DNA of 64,000 bases. Origin: Cyanophyceae cyanobacterium (GTDB lineage Bacteria > Cyanobacteriota > Cyanobacteriia > Cyanobacteriales > JBHJGN01). The first letter of the stretch is position 1, and every line of letters begins with the position of its first letter. Made by a program: the position numbers and the translations under genes. Positions 43,543 through 52,393 of this stretch are shown in pieces. Location: NCBI GenBank assembly GCA_050331735.1, contig JBHJGN010000022.1, forward strand, positions 1 through 64,000, written 5' to 3'. Under the pieces are notes generated by a model. The model saw nothing but the letters and a program-made list of their open reading frames with translations. It searched no databases and was not told where the DNA came from.

Positions 43543-43695
43543 TTCTATCCGTCGTCAATGAGGCGACTTTGAGTATCTTAAAGTTATTGATTGTATATAC
43601 GCCCATAGTAGTACAGAATGACGCCTCAAAGCTTTCTTTAGAAAGATGACAAGCGTCTCTTTCTAATCTTAAGTATTAGACGGTAGACCCAAATC

Positions 43696-45306
43696 ATGGT
43701 CGTTATGAACGCTCCGAGCTCGTCCGAACGGCATCATCCCCAAAACAGTCCGCCCCCCAAGCTCATCAGTGGTGACACCCGTCAGGACAAAGCGGCGAAC
43801 AAGGAAATTGAGCTGTATGAAGAAATTGTCAGAAATATGCAGTTCGGGATGTGTGTTTGGCGCCTAGAGAAGCTAGACGAGCTGCGGAGCTTCCGCCTTG
43901 TTGCTGTCAATCCTGCCGCTGCCCGAATTTTAGGCGTAGCCTTGGAAGAGTGCGTTGGCCAGAAAATTCAAGAGTGTTTTCCCAATGCGTTGAGTACGTT
44001 TCATCAAGAAGCTGTAGCTGCCTACGCTGAAGTCGTGCGGACTCAGCAAGCTCAAGAGCTGGGGGAAGTCTACTACGACGACGCTCGCGTTTCGGGGGGA
44101 GTGTTTGCCATCAAAGCGTTTCCTCTCCCCGGTCAGTGCGTCGGGGTTGCTTTTGAAGATATTACCGAACGGAAGCAGACTGAAGCAGCGTTAGCTGCGA
44201 GTGAACGACAGTACCGCACGGTCGTTAACAGCATTAAAGAAATTATTTTTCAAACCGACACCGCTGGCTGCTGGACATTCCTCAACCCTGCCTGGACAGA
44301 AATTACCGGTTTTGAGCTAGATGAGAGCCTCCAGACAGCTTTAACAGATTACATTTATGCTGAGGAAGACCAAAAGCGCTGTCGAGAGCGATTGGCGGCG
44401 TTAATCGCTGGAAAACAAGACTTTTTTCAATACGAGTTCCGTCTACTGACCCGCTGCGGCGATTTTCGCTGGCTAGAAATTGAAGCTCAGGCTTATCATA
44501 GCGAAGCAGGCAGCGTTTTAGGAACGTTTGGAACGATCATCGACACAACGGAGCGCAAGCAGACCGAGGCGGTGCTTCAGTCCCGTGCCGATGAATTGTC
44601 CCGCATCAATACAGTCCTTTTGGCAACGGCGGCTCAGCTCGAAAAACGCAATCAAGAATTAGACCAGTTTGCCTACGTCACCTCTCACGACCTCAAGGCT
44701 CCCCTGCGGGCGATCGCCAACCTCTCCCAGTGGATTGAAGAAGACCTCGCAGACCGCCTCGACGAGGATACTCGCCATCAGATGAGCCTGTTGCGGGGTC
44801 GAGTGCATCGGATGGAAGCGCTGATTAACGGACTTTTAGAGTATTCCCGTGTCGGTCGGCTCAAGAGCAAACCAGAAGCAATCGCGGTCGGCGCTTTGCT
44901 CAACGACGTGATTGATTCACTCTCTCCTCCTCAAGAATTTACCATCCTCATTGAGGAGATGCCGACCCTGAAGACGAGGCGATTGCCGCTCCAGCAGGTG
45001 TTTGCTAACCTAATTAGCAACGCGGTTAAACACCACGACCGCTCCACCGGGACGATCCGGATTTCTGGACAAGAGCAAGGCTCGCTGTACGAATTTGCCG
45101 TTAGTGACGATGGTCCGGGGATTGCTCCTGAATACCAGGAAAAAGTCTTTGCGATCTTCCAAACCCTAGAAGCTCGTGATAAAACAGAGAATACGGGAAT
45201 TGGTCTGTCTATTGTCAAGAAAATTGTCGAAAATCAAGGAGGAACGGTTCAGCTCACCTCTGAGCTAGGCAAAGGAACAACCTTTCGCTTTACCTGGCCG
45301 AAGTAA
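43696..45306 (+). CDS. Cytoplasmic PAS-PAS sensor histidine kinase
   Basis: Two PAS/PAC units (EDITERK, DTTERK), FAYVTSHDLKAPL, NAVKH, DDGPGI and TGIGL. Confidence 0.93.
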   Translation: MVVMNAPSSSERHHPQNSPPPKLISGDTRQDKAANKEIELYEEIVRNMQFGMCVWRLEKLDELRSFRLVAVNPAAARILGVALEECVGQKIQECFPNALSTFHQEAVAAYAEVVRTQQAQELGEVYYDDARVSGGVFAIKAFPLPGQCVGVAFEDITERKQTEAALAASERQYRTVVNSIKEIIFQTDTAGCWTFLNPAWTEITGFELDESLQTALTDYIYAEEDQKRCRERLAALIAGKQDFFQYEFRLLTRCGDFRWLEIEAQAYHSEAGSVLGTFGTIIDTTERKQTEAVLQSRADELSRINTVLLATAAQLEKRNQELDQFAYVTSHDLKAPLRAIANLSQWIEEDLADRLDEDTRHQMSLLRGRVHRMEALINGLLEYSRVGRLKSKPEAIAVGALLNDVIDSLSPPQEFTILIEEMPTLKTRRLPLQQVFANLISNAVKHHDRSTGTIRISGQEQGSLYEFAVSDDGPGIAPEYQEKVFAIFQTLEARDKTENTGIGLSIVKKIVENQGGTVQLTSELGKGTTFRFTWPK

Positions 45307-45572
45307 CTATCGTCAGTGACCAGTGACCAGATTAGCCAGCGCTTCGATAACTAATCACTGAATAAGCACTAATAGTCAGTCACGGGTTACTGCTAAAAAA
45401 TGCTGGTCACCGGGGGCAGCATTTCTAACTTAAGGTAGACGAGGCCGGCTCGTGGAGTTCTTACCAAATGCCGAAGACTCTCGGAGTTCTATTTTCTACA
45501 ATTTCAAGGTACGGAAGCTCGTCACAATCGCTAACTTAGTGCCGTTGTATTCCGGCATTCAGCATCAAGATT

Positions 45573-46001
45573 ATGGAAGACAGAATGATTAATATTCTGC
45601 TGGTCGAAGATGACGAAGTAGATGTCATGAACGTCAAACGAGCGTTTAGGAAAAGCAATATTTCTAACCCTCTGTACGTGGCAGACAATGGCATTAAGGC
45701 TCTTGAGATGCTGCGGACTCACGACGGAGCTGCTGCTGTGCCAGGAACTAGACGACTCATCTTGCTCGACCTCAATATGCCGAGAATGAGCGGACTGGAG
45801 TTTCTAAAAGAACTGCGGGCCGACCCAGCGCTAAAGGCTACTCCCGTGATTGTGCTCACGACCTCCGATGAGGATAAAGACCGAGTAGAAGCCTATAACT
45901 TAAACGTTGCCGGGTATATTCTCAAACCTGTAACATTTGCTAATTTTGCGGAGGCAATCGTGACTCTTAATAAGTATTGGGCGCTGTGCGAGATGCCATA
46001 G
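45573..46001 (+). CDS. Single-domain response regulator (Rcp1-like)
   Basis: LLVEDD, LLDLNMP, LTTS, KPV and C-terminal KYW. Confidence 0.92.
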   Translation: MEDRMINILLVEDDEVDVMNVKRAFRKSNISNPLYVADNGIKALEMLRTHDGAAAVPGTRRLILLDLNMPRMSGLEFLKELRADPALKATPVIVLTTSDEDKDRVEAYNLNVAGYILKPVTFANFAEAIVTLNKYWALCEMP

Positions 46002-46075
46002 CCCACTCTCGACCAACAGTACCTCCACGTTGGCTCGCCCCCTGATGCCAATGAGGTGCTCGGAAAATTCAGCAA

Positions 46076-47287
46076 ATGCTCATGAGCGAAACCTATAACA
46101 TTTTGGTGGTTGATGATGACGAAGTAGATCGGATGGCGGTCGGTCGTGCGTTGAAGAAGGCTGGCGTCCAGATGAATTTAGCAGAAGCGGTTGACAGCGC
46201 CACGGCGATCGCGACCCTGAAAGAAGAGCTGTTCGACTGCGTTTTCCTCGACTATCGTCTACCGGACCGTAGCGGTCTCGAGCTGATCAGGCAACTCCAG
46301 GCGCTCGGTTTGAAGGTTCCCCTGATTGTGCTAACCGGCCAGGGGGACGAGCAAATTGCCGTAGAATTGATGAAAGCGGGAGCTTCCGACTATCTCTCGA
46401 AATCGAGAGTCACCCCAGAAACACTCTCTTACGTCTTCCGCAACGCCATCAGAGTCCACCGCGCCGAGACACGAGCCGCTGTTGCTAATCAGCGGCTCCG
46501 GGAAAGCAACGAACTCCTCAGAGCGAAAAATCAGGAGCTAGATCGCCAGCGCCGCCAAATTGAGCAGCAAAACCGCAAGCTGTTAGAAGTCTCTCAGCTC
46601 AAATCTCAGTTTCTTGCCACGATGTCTCACGAGCTGCGTACGCCGATGAATGCGATTATGGGCTTTTCGCAGATGCTGCTGCTCGAGCGCTACGGTTCTC
46701 TAACGGGACACCAAAAAGATATGGTGGATCGCATTTTCAACAACGGTCAAAATCTGCTGACCATGCTCAATGAAGTCTTAGATTTTTCTAAAATTGAGGC
46801 GGGTCAGCTAGAGCTGGATTTGACAGAACTCAATTTGGCTCAGCTTGCTAGCATTACTGCCGAAGAACTCCGCTCTCTCGCCACCGAAAAACAGATTTCT
46901 TTGCACGTGGAGTCAAAACTAAAGAATCACGCTGTTGTTAACGACCGGAACTACCTGAAGCGCATTTTGACAAATTTGATCTCCAACGCCATCAAATTTA
47001 CCGAGCGGGGGGGAGTCTTTTTAGAAATTCGCGAACAAGACGATGATCGCATCGTGATTGCTGTTAGAGATACCGGCATTGGTATCGCTCCAGACCAGCT
47101 CAAGCACATCTTTGAAGCTTTTCGACAAGGCGATCAGTCCCTAACCCGCAAGCATTCGGGAACGGGTTTAGGACTCGCTATTACCGATTCTCTGGTAAAA
47201 ATGATGCGGGGAAAAATTTTGGTCGAAAGTCGCCTAGGAAAAGGGTCTCTATTTCAAGTCGAAATTCCTCGCATCCTCGAAACTTAG
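46076..47287 (+). CDS. Hybrid receiver-histidine kinase
   Basis: N-terminal receiver (VVDDD, LDYRLP), SHELRTPMN, NAIKFT and GTGLGL. Confidence 0.92.
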   Translation: MLMSETYNILVVDDDEVDRMAVGRALKKAGVQMNLAEAVDSATAIATLKEELFDCVFLDYRLPDRSGLELIRQLQALGLKVPLIVLTGQGDEQIAVELMKAGASDYLSKSRVTPETLSYVFRNAIRVHRAETRAAVANQRLRESNELLRAKNQELDRQRRQIEQQNRKLLEVSQLKSQFLATMSHELRTPMNAIMGFSQMLLLERYGSLTGHQKDMVDRIFNNGQNLLTMLNEVLDFSKIEAGQLELDLTELNLAQLASITAEELRSLATEKQISLHVESKLKNHAVVNDRNYLKRILTNLISNAIKFTERGGVFLEIREQDDDRIVIAVRDTGIGIAPDQLKHIFEAFRQGDQSLTRKHSGTGLGLAITDSLVKMMRGKILVESRLGKGSLFQVEIPRILET

Positions 47288-47361
47288 TCCGCAAGACTCA
47301 TTCATCGTTGATCGGGAATCGATAAAATCGATACAATTATTCATCGAAAATTTCCCAATGT

Positions 47362-48444
47362 ATGTTTGCTCAAGAGTTTAAGACGAACTATATACTCGCC
47401 GTTGATGATACCCCAGACAATTTATTTCTCGTTCAGTTAGCCCTGGAACAGGAAGGACACCAGGTCCACTGCGTTAACGATGGCTATGCAGCGTTAGAAA
47501 AAATTACCGAACATCCCCCAGCCTTAGTCGTCTTAGATGTGATGATGCCCGGAATCGACGGCTATGAGGTGACGCGGCGCATTCGCAACAATCCAAATTT
47601 TCCCTTTATTCCCATTTTGTTGATTACCGCCCATGAACAGTCGGACGTCGTGAAAGGCTTAGACTTCGGAGCCGATGAGTTTATTCGCAAGCCGGTTAAG
47701 GTCGAAGAACTTCAGGCCAGAGTGCGCTCTCTCCTGCGCCTCAAGCACAGTATCGATCAGCGAGAAAACTTTGTCTCCTGCCTGACTCACGATCTGCGAA
47801 CTCCGCTCGTTGCAGCCGATCGAATGTTAATGCTGCTCAAGCGAGGAGTTTATGGGGAAGTCACTCCCTCAATGGAGGAGGCGCTGAGTACGATAATCGG
47901 CAGCAATCAAAATTTGCTGCAGATGCTTAATACACTACTCGAAGTTTACTGCTACGATGTCGGCCAGAAAATCCTCAGCTTTATTTCCTTTGATCTCCGA
48001 GAACTGGCAGTCGAGGTGGTGAGCGAACTCTCTCTACTGGCTAAGGAGAAAGACATTGAGCTCAGACTCAGTGCAGACGCTATGCTAGACATCGAAGGCG
48101 ATCGCCTAGAGCTGCGTCGCATACTGACTAACCTTGTTGGCAACGCCATCAAGTTCACAGATACCGGCTTTGTGGAGGTGCGGCTGGCGACGTTTTCCGA
48201 GCCGCAGCCTTGGGTGGAGATAGAGGTCGAAGATACCGGCAGCGGGATCTCAACCGACGAGCAAAAAACGATTTTTGAGCAGTTCCGCAAGGGCAACCAC
48301 AAGCGTTCGGGCAGTGGACTTGGACTCTATCTTTGTCGCCAGATTGTGCAGTCTCATGGGGGCAGCATTAGCGTTCAGTCTCAACTGGGTCGAGGAACAA
48401 CGTTTTCGATTCACCTCCCCAAAACTCACGGCACTAAGAATTAA
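47362..48444 (+). CDS. Hybrid receiver-histidine kinase
   Basis: Receiver (AVDD, LDVMMP, KP), THDLRTPL, NAIKFT and GSGLGL. Confidence 0.92.
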   Translation: MFAQEFKTNYILAVDDTPDNLFLVQLALEQEGHQVHCVNDGYAALEKITEHPPALVVLDVMMPGIDGYEVTRRIRNNPNFPFIPILLITAHEQSDVVKGLDFGADEFIRKPVKVEELQARVRSLLRLKHSIDQRENFVSCLTHDLRTPLVAADRMLMLLKRGVYGEVTPSMEEALSTIIGSNQNLLQMLNTLLEVYCYDVGQKILSFISFDLRELAVEVVSELSLLAKEKDIELRLSADAMLDIEGDRLELRRILTNLVGNAIKFTDTGFVEVRLATFSEPQPWVEIEVEDTGSGISTDEQKTIFEQFRKGNHKRSGSGLGLYLCRQIVQSHGGSISVQSQLGRGTTFSIHLPKTHGTKN

Positions 48445-48573
48445 TTGGCCTCTACATCAACAAGCTGTAAAGACCAATGTTTGAGCCAGCAGGAGTCAGA
48501 GGGGTAAACACCTCCTGATTCACCAAGACTGACTCTAGCCAGAAACTATTCTGCTGACTGCCCTACTCGCGAC

Positions 48574-48909
48574 CTACCACCATTTCCGATTGCCTTCTTC
48601 ATCCACTCGAGCTTCTCGAATAACATCCTCAATCTCCTCAGCATCTTTGACATGGTGCAGCGCTTCTTCGTTGCCCTCTTCGCCTTCAGCAACAAAGTAA
48701 GTCGGTACTTTAACCTTTCCCACCGGATCCCAAGATTCGACCGCGACTTGTTCAGACTTTTCTTCAACAGACTGGGGTTTGTCAGCCATGCGATCGCCCG
48801 GATTGACCGTGGCTTCTTCGACGGTTTGATGCTCTTCAGCAGGAACTCGATTGGTGCTGTCCCCGTAGTCGTGTTTTCTAGCTTTATCTTCGCTTGGTTG
48901 ATGACTCAT
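48574..48909 (-). CDS. Acidic hydrophilic hypothetical protein (likely stress protein)
   Basis: ATG at 48909 preceded by AAGGA. MSHQPSEDK...VPTYF...LHHVKDAEEIEDVIREAR looks like a conserved cyanobacterial small protein. Confidence 0.65.
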   Translation of the reverse strand: MSHQPSEDKARKHDYGDSTNRVPAEEHQTVEEATVNPGDRMADKPQSVEEKSEQVAVESWDPVGKVKVPTYFVAEGEEGNEEALHHVKDAEEIEDVIREARVDEEGNRKWW

Positions 48910-49112
48910 GTTATTTGTCCTTTTTGGTTCTGCACTATTAAAGCGAACGTCGGTTCCCTTGCGCATCATCACTAGGTGGGAAAGCCCTAGAAAAACTTTC
49001 TGCCGATGGATATAATGCTAATTCAAAATCTTGATTTGGGCTGTGGTGCAAGAGCGAAACGTCCAACTAGCCTTGCTTGTTCTTGTCCGTAATGGCGACA
49101 GTGAGCCCCGGA

Positions 49113-49490
49113 TTATCTCCCCGAGCCCTCTCTTCTACTCCTAATTGTCTCTTCAACCCAAGTTCTGATCAGATAGGACAGGACTAAGTTCATCGGAATC
49201 TGCTTCTGCGTACAGAAGAGCTTAAACTCTCGCTTGAGAGAGCTAGGAATATATCCTTTAACAACTTTGATCTCTTGAAGAGGAGAAGGTAAATTACTGG
49301 GAATCTCGCGCTCAGATTCTACCAAATCATGAATTAATCTTTCTAACATATCGCTAATCGTGAGTTCGTTTTGAACACAGAGAAGCTTAAATTGCACCTT
49401 GAGAGAGCTAGCAACTGATGTTTTTATAACACTTTTTTCTTCCTGGTGATTGGCAGTCATGTACTTGGTTCTAAAAGCGTGAAGTATCAA
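49113..49490 (-). CDS. Tandem ParG-like ribbon-helix-helix protein (start probably ATG ~49460)
   Basis: Two internal repeats: VIKTSVASSLKVQFKLLCVQNELTISDML..LI and VVKGYIPSSLKREFKLFCTQKQIPMNLVL..LI. Confidence 0.7.
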   Translation of the reverse strand: MILHAFRTKYMTANHQEEKSVIKTSVASSLKVQFKLLCVQNELTISDMLERLIHDLVESEREIPSNLPSPLQEIKVVKGYIPSSLKREFKLFCTQKQIPMNLVLSYLIRTWVEETIRSRREGSGR

Positions 49491-50720
49491 TGTACCTTTA
49501 TGGTTATCAGGTATGTTGAGAATAACAAGCTAAAATAAGAAACATATTAAAAGAACTCAAAAATGCTCTCAGCAACTTAAAAGTCTTTAAAGAATTAAAC
49601 GATAGGTCAGAGCGGGATTCAACTAGCCCTGCCTGCTTGCTGACAGAGAGAAGCCTCTCTTGGGGGTTAGCTTGCTGAGGGAGTGACTCAGCAGGCCCGC
49701 TCGTCGAATCTGGCTTGGGCGACAAGCCAGCGCTCGGGAGAAGACGAGCGCTGTACTGAGAAAGAGAGGAGACGCTGAGCTGACTGAAAACAGTGAATGC
49801 CAGCAAGAGCGAGGGTCTGTATTTAGAGGCATCTACCACACTGCGCCCTCCACGGTGAGGGCGTTGCTGTCGGCCTTTGATGCTTGTGGTGCTTCTTCAA
49901 TACGTCACCAACAACACGGTCCGATTCGGATAGGTTTTCATCTCAAGCGGTTGATTTTGTCGACTTAAATATGCCAGGACTTTTTGCCGCTCAAACAGAT
50001 AATCTTTCTCTTTAAGTTCTCAAATTGATCTAGATTTAATCGGTCTAAAACTGTTTACTTGTAAATTGAAGAAGTTAACAACTCTAGACCAGCTAAAGTT
50101 TAAAATGCCGCAAGTTCTATCGCGCTGTTGTATTGAGCCACAGTTAGCATTTGAGCTTGCTCGAAGCAGCAGCCGGAGGAGGCTCCGGCTGACTGAGAAC
50201 ACCTGGCACAATCACTCAGGACGCCCGGAAGGAGCAGAAAGTGCTGACTAGATAGTTGGCGTCGCTTGCAGAGGCATAAGCTCAATCATCGGTGCTTAAA
50301 AAGACTCGACGCCACACCTGCCTCTGCGGACTACAGTCCGGCTAAGGGAACTCGAAGCACAAAACGCGATCTCTTGAAAATCAAAAAGCGTTACTGCCAA
50401 CAAAATTAGGAGTAAAACTCAAGCCGAGCTCGGGTACCCTCTATTGTCGTTCTCCGGTGAGCTTCCGAGCTTTCATGTCTAAGTCGCTGATGGTTGCAAC
50501 AGAGGAGTGCGGGCCAGAAAAACTTGGGTAGCTCATTCCAGATTGTCGCTCGTTTGCTAGCTGCTGAGTAGATTCCACCAGGTTATAAACCACTATAGAT
50601 CCCTATGGACCAGAAACAAACCCGAGAAATACGCTCTTTCTGGTTCAAAAAACCTAACTGATCGGGCTTTTGCGGCGATGAAGCAAAATTTCTCAAACTT
50701 AAAGCATTGAGCAACATGAT

Positions 50721-52385
50721 ATGAATAAGCCAATAATTATTGTAGTAGATGACGATTCAGAAGTCCTGCGCACTATTGTCCGTGATTTACGCCATAAATA
50801 TGGTTTGTTGTACCGGGTATTATCTTCAGAGTCAGCAGAAAAAGCACTGGAAATGCTTCCTCAACTGAAGTTGAGAAACCAGTTAGTTGGCTTATTCTTG
50901 GTAGACCAGCGGATGCCTCAGATAACCGGGGTTGAGTTTCTCGAACAAGCTAGAGAATTTTTTCCAAACGCTAAGCGAGTTTTGCTAACCGCTTATGCAG
51001 ATACGAGCGTTGCGATTTATGCCATTAACAAAACGAAGATTGACTATTATTTGATGAAGCCGTGGGATCCGCCGGAGGTTAATTTATACCCCATCCTCAA
51101 TGACTTACTAGAAGTGTGGCGACTGTCTTATCTGTCGCGCCACGAACGCATTCAGGTGATTGGCTCTCGCTGGCTGCCGACAACACACCAGATCAAAGAT
51201 TTTTTGGCGAGCTACCACGTTCCCTACGTGTGGCGCGATTTGGAAAAAGATCGCGATGCGCGTCAGCTCATGGAACAGGCCAATCAAGATTTTACCCAGC
51301 TACCGTTAATTCTCTTTCCCGATGGTTCTCAGCTCGCTGCTCCCTCCACCTGGGAGCTAGCCGAGAAAATCGGCCTCAAAACTCGCGCTCAAATGCCCTT
51401 TTACGACTTAATTATTATTGGTGGCGGACCCGCTGGCTTAGCCGCCGCTGTTTCTGGAGCGTCAGAAGGGCTGAAAACGGCTCTGATTGAAAAACAAGCT
51501 CCTGGTGGACAGGCCGGCACCAGCTCTCGCATTGAAAATTACTTGGGTTTCCCGGCGGGACTGTCAGGAGGAGATTTAGCCAGACGCGCCATGGCCCAGG
51601 CGTATAAATTTGGCACAGAAATTATTGCTCCCCAGGAAGTCACCCAACTTTCAGTTAACAGTCACTACAAACACGTTACCTTAGCAGACGGGACCGAGCT
51701 TGGCTGTCATACGCTCATCGTGGCGACAGGAGTGAGCTACACCAGACTAAATGTACCGGGCATTCGGGAGCTAACCGGAGCCGGAATCTATTACGGCGCG
51801 GCCACCACCGAAGCGATCGCCTGTCGGGATGAAGAAGTTTACATCGTTGGGGGAGCTAACTCCGCCGGACAGGCGGCTCTTTGTCTGTCTCACTATGCCC
51901 GTTCGGTGACGATTTTGCTGAGGGGAGAGACTTTAGCCGCCAAAATGTCCCGCTATCTCATCGACCGGATTCAAGCAGCGCCAAACATTTGGGTCAAACC
52001 GTTTACGAAAGTGATTGAGGCGCGGGGAAGCGAAAGATTAGAATCGTTAACCCTTGCCGATACTCAAACAGAAGCGACCACAACCATCAAGGCCAATGCT
52101 TTGTTTGTTTTTATTGGGGCCAAGCCCAACACAAACTGGCTGCAAGGAATTATTGAATGCGATCGCGATGGCTACATCGTTACCGGGAACGAGCTCATCG
52201 AGAGCGGCAGGCCAAAGTCGTTCTGGAGTTTAAAGCGCGATCCATTTTTGTTTGAAACCTGCGTTCCCGGCATTTTTGCGATTGGGGACGTGCGCTGTAA
52301 CTCGATAAAACGGGTTGCTTCTGCCGTTGGAGAGGGATCGGTTGCGGTTCAGCTCGTCCATCAGTATCTTTCCTCAGTCTACTAA
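50721..52385 (+). CDS. Receiver domain + thioredoxin-reductase-like FAD oxidoreductase
   Basis: Receiver (VVDDD, VDQRMP, LTAY, KPW), then GGGPAGL, GGQAGTSSRIENYLGFP, GGANSAGQ, FAIGDVR and KRVASAVGEG. Confidence 0.92.
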   Translation: MNKPIIIVVDDDSEVLRTIVRDLRHKYGLLYRVLSSESAEKALEMLPQLKLRNQLVGLFLVDQRMPQITGVEFLEQAREFFPNAKRVLLTAYADTSVAIYAINKTKIDYYLMKPWDPPEVNLYPILNDLLEVWRLSYLSRHERIQVIGSRWLPTTHQIKDFLASYHVPYVWRDLEKDRDARQLMEQANQDFTQLPLILFPDGSQLAAPSTWELAEKIGLKTRAQMPFYDLIIIGGGPAGLAAAVSGASEGLKTALIEKQAPGGQAGTSSRIENYLGFPAGLSGGDLARRAMAQAYKFGTEIIAPQEVTQLSVNSHYKHVTLADGTELGCHTLIVATGVSYTRLNVPGIRELTGAGIYYGAATTEAIACRDEEVYIVGGANSAGQAALCLSHYARSVTILLRGETLAAKMSRYLIDRIQAAPNIWVKPFTKVIEARGSERLESLTLADTQTEATTTIKANALFVFIGAKPNTNWLQGIIECDRDGYIVTGNELIESGRPKSFWSLKRDPFLFETCVPGIFAIGDVRCNSIKRVASAVGEGSVAVQLVHQYLSSVY

Positions 52386-52393
52386 ATCCTTTC

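Noticed and set aside
50030..50105. Loose 8-bp periodic TAAA/TAGA pattern as iterons or RHH sites
   Set aside because: Spacing is irregular and units are too degenerate to separate from AT-rich background by eye.
49507..50285. Several 60-110 aa ORFs in the 1.2-kb gap
   Set aside because: They overlap, mostly use non-ATG starts, are Ser/Leu/Arg-rich and have no motifs; RNA structure explains the region better.
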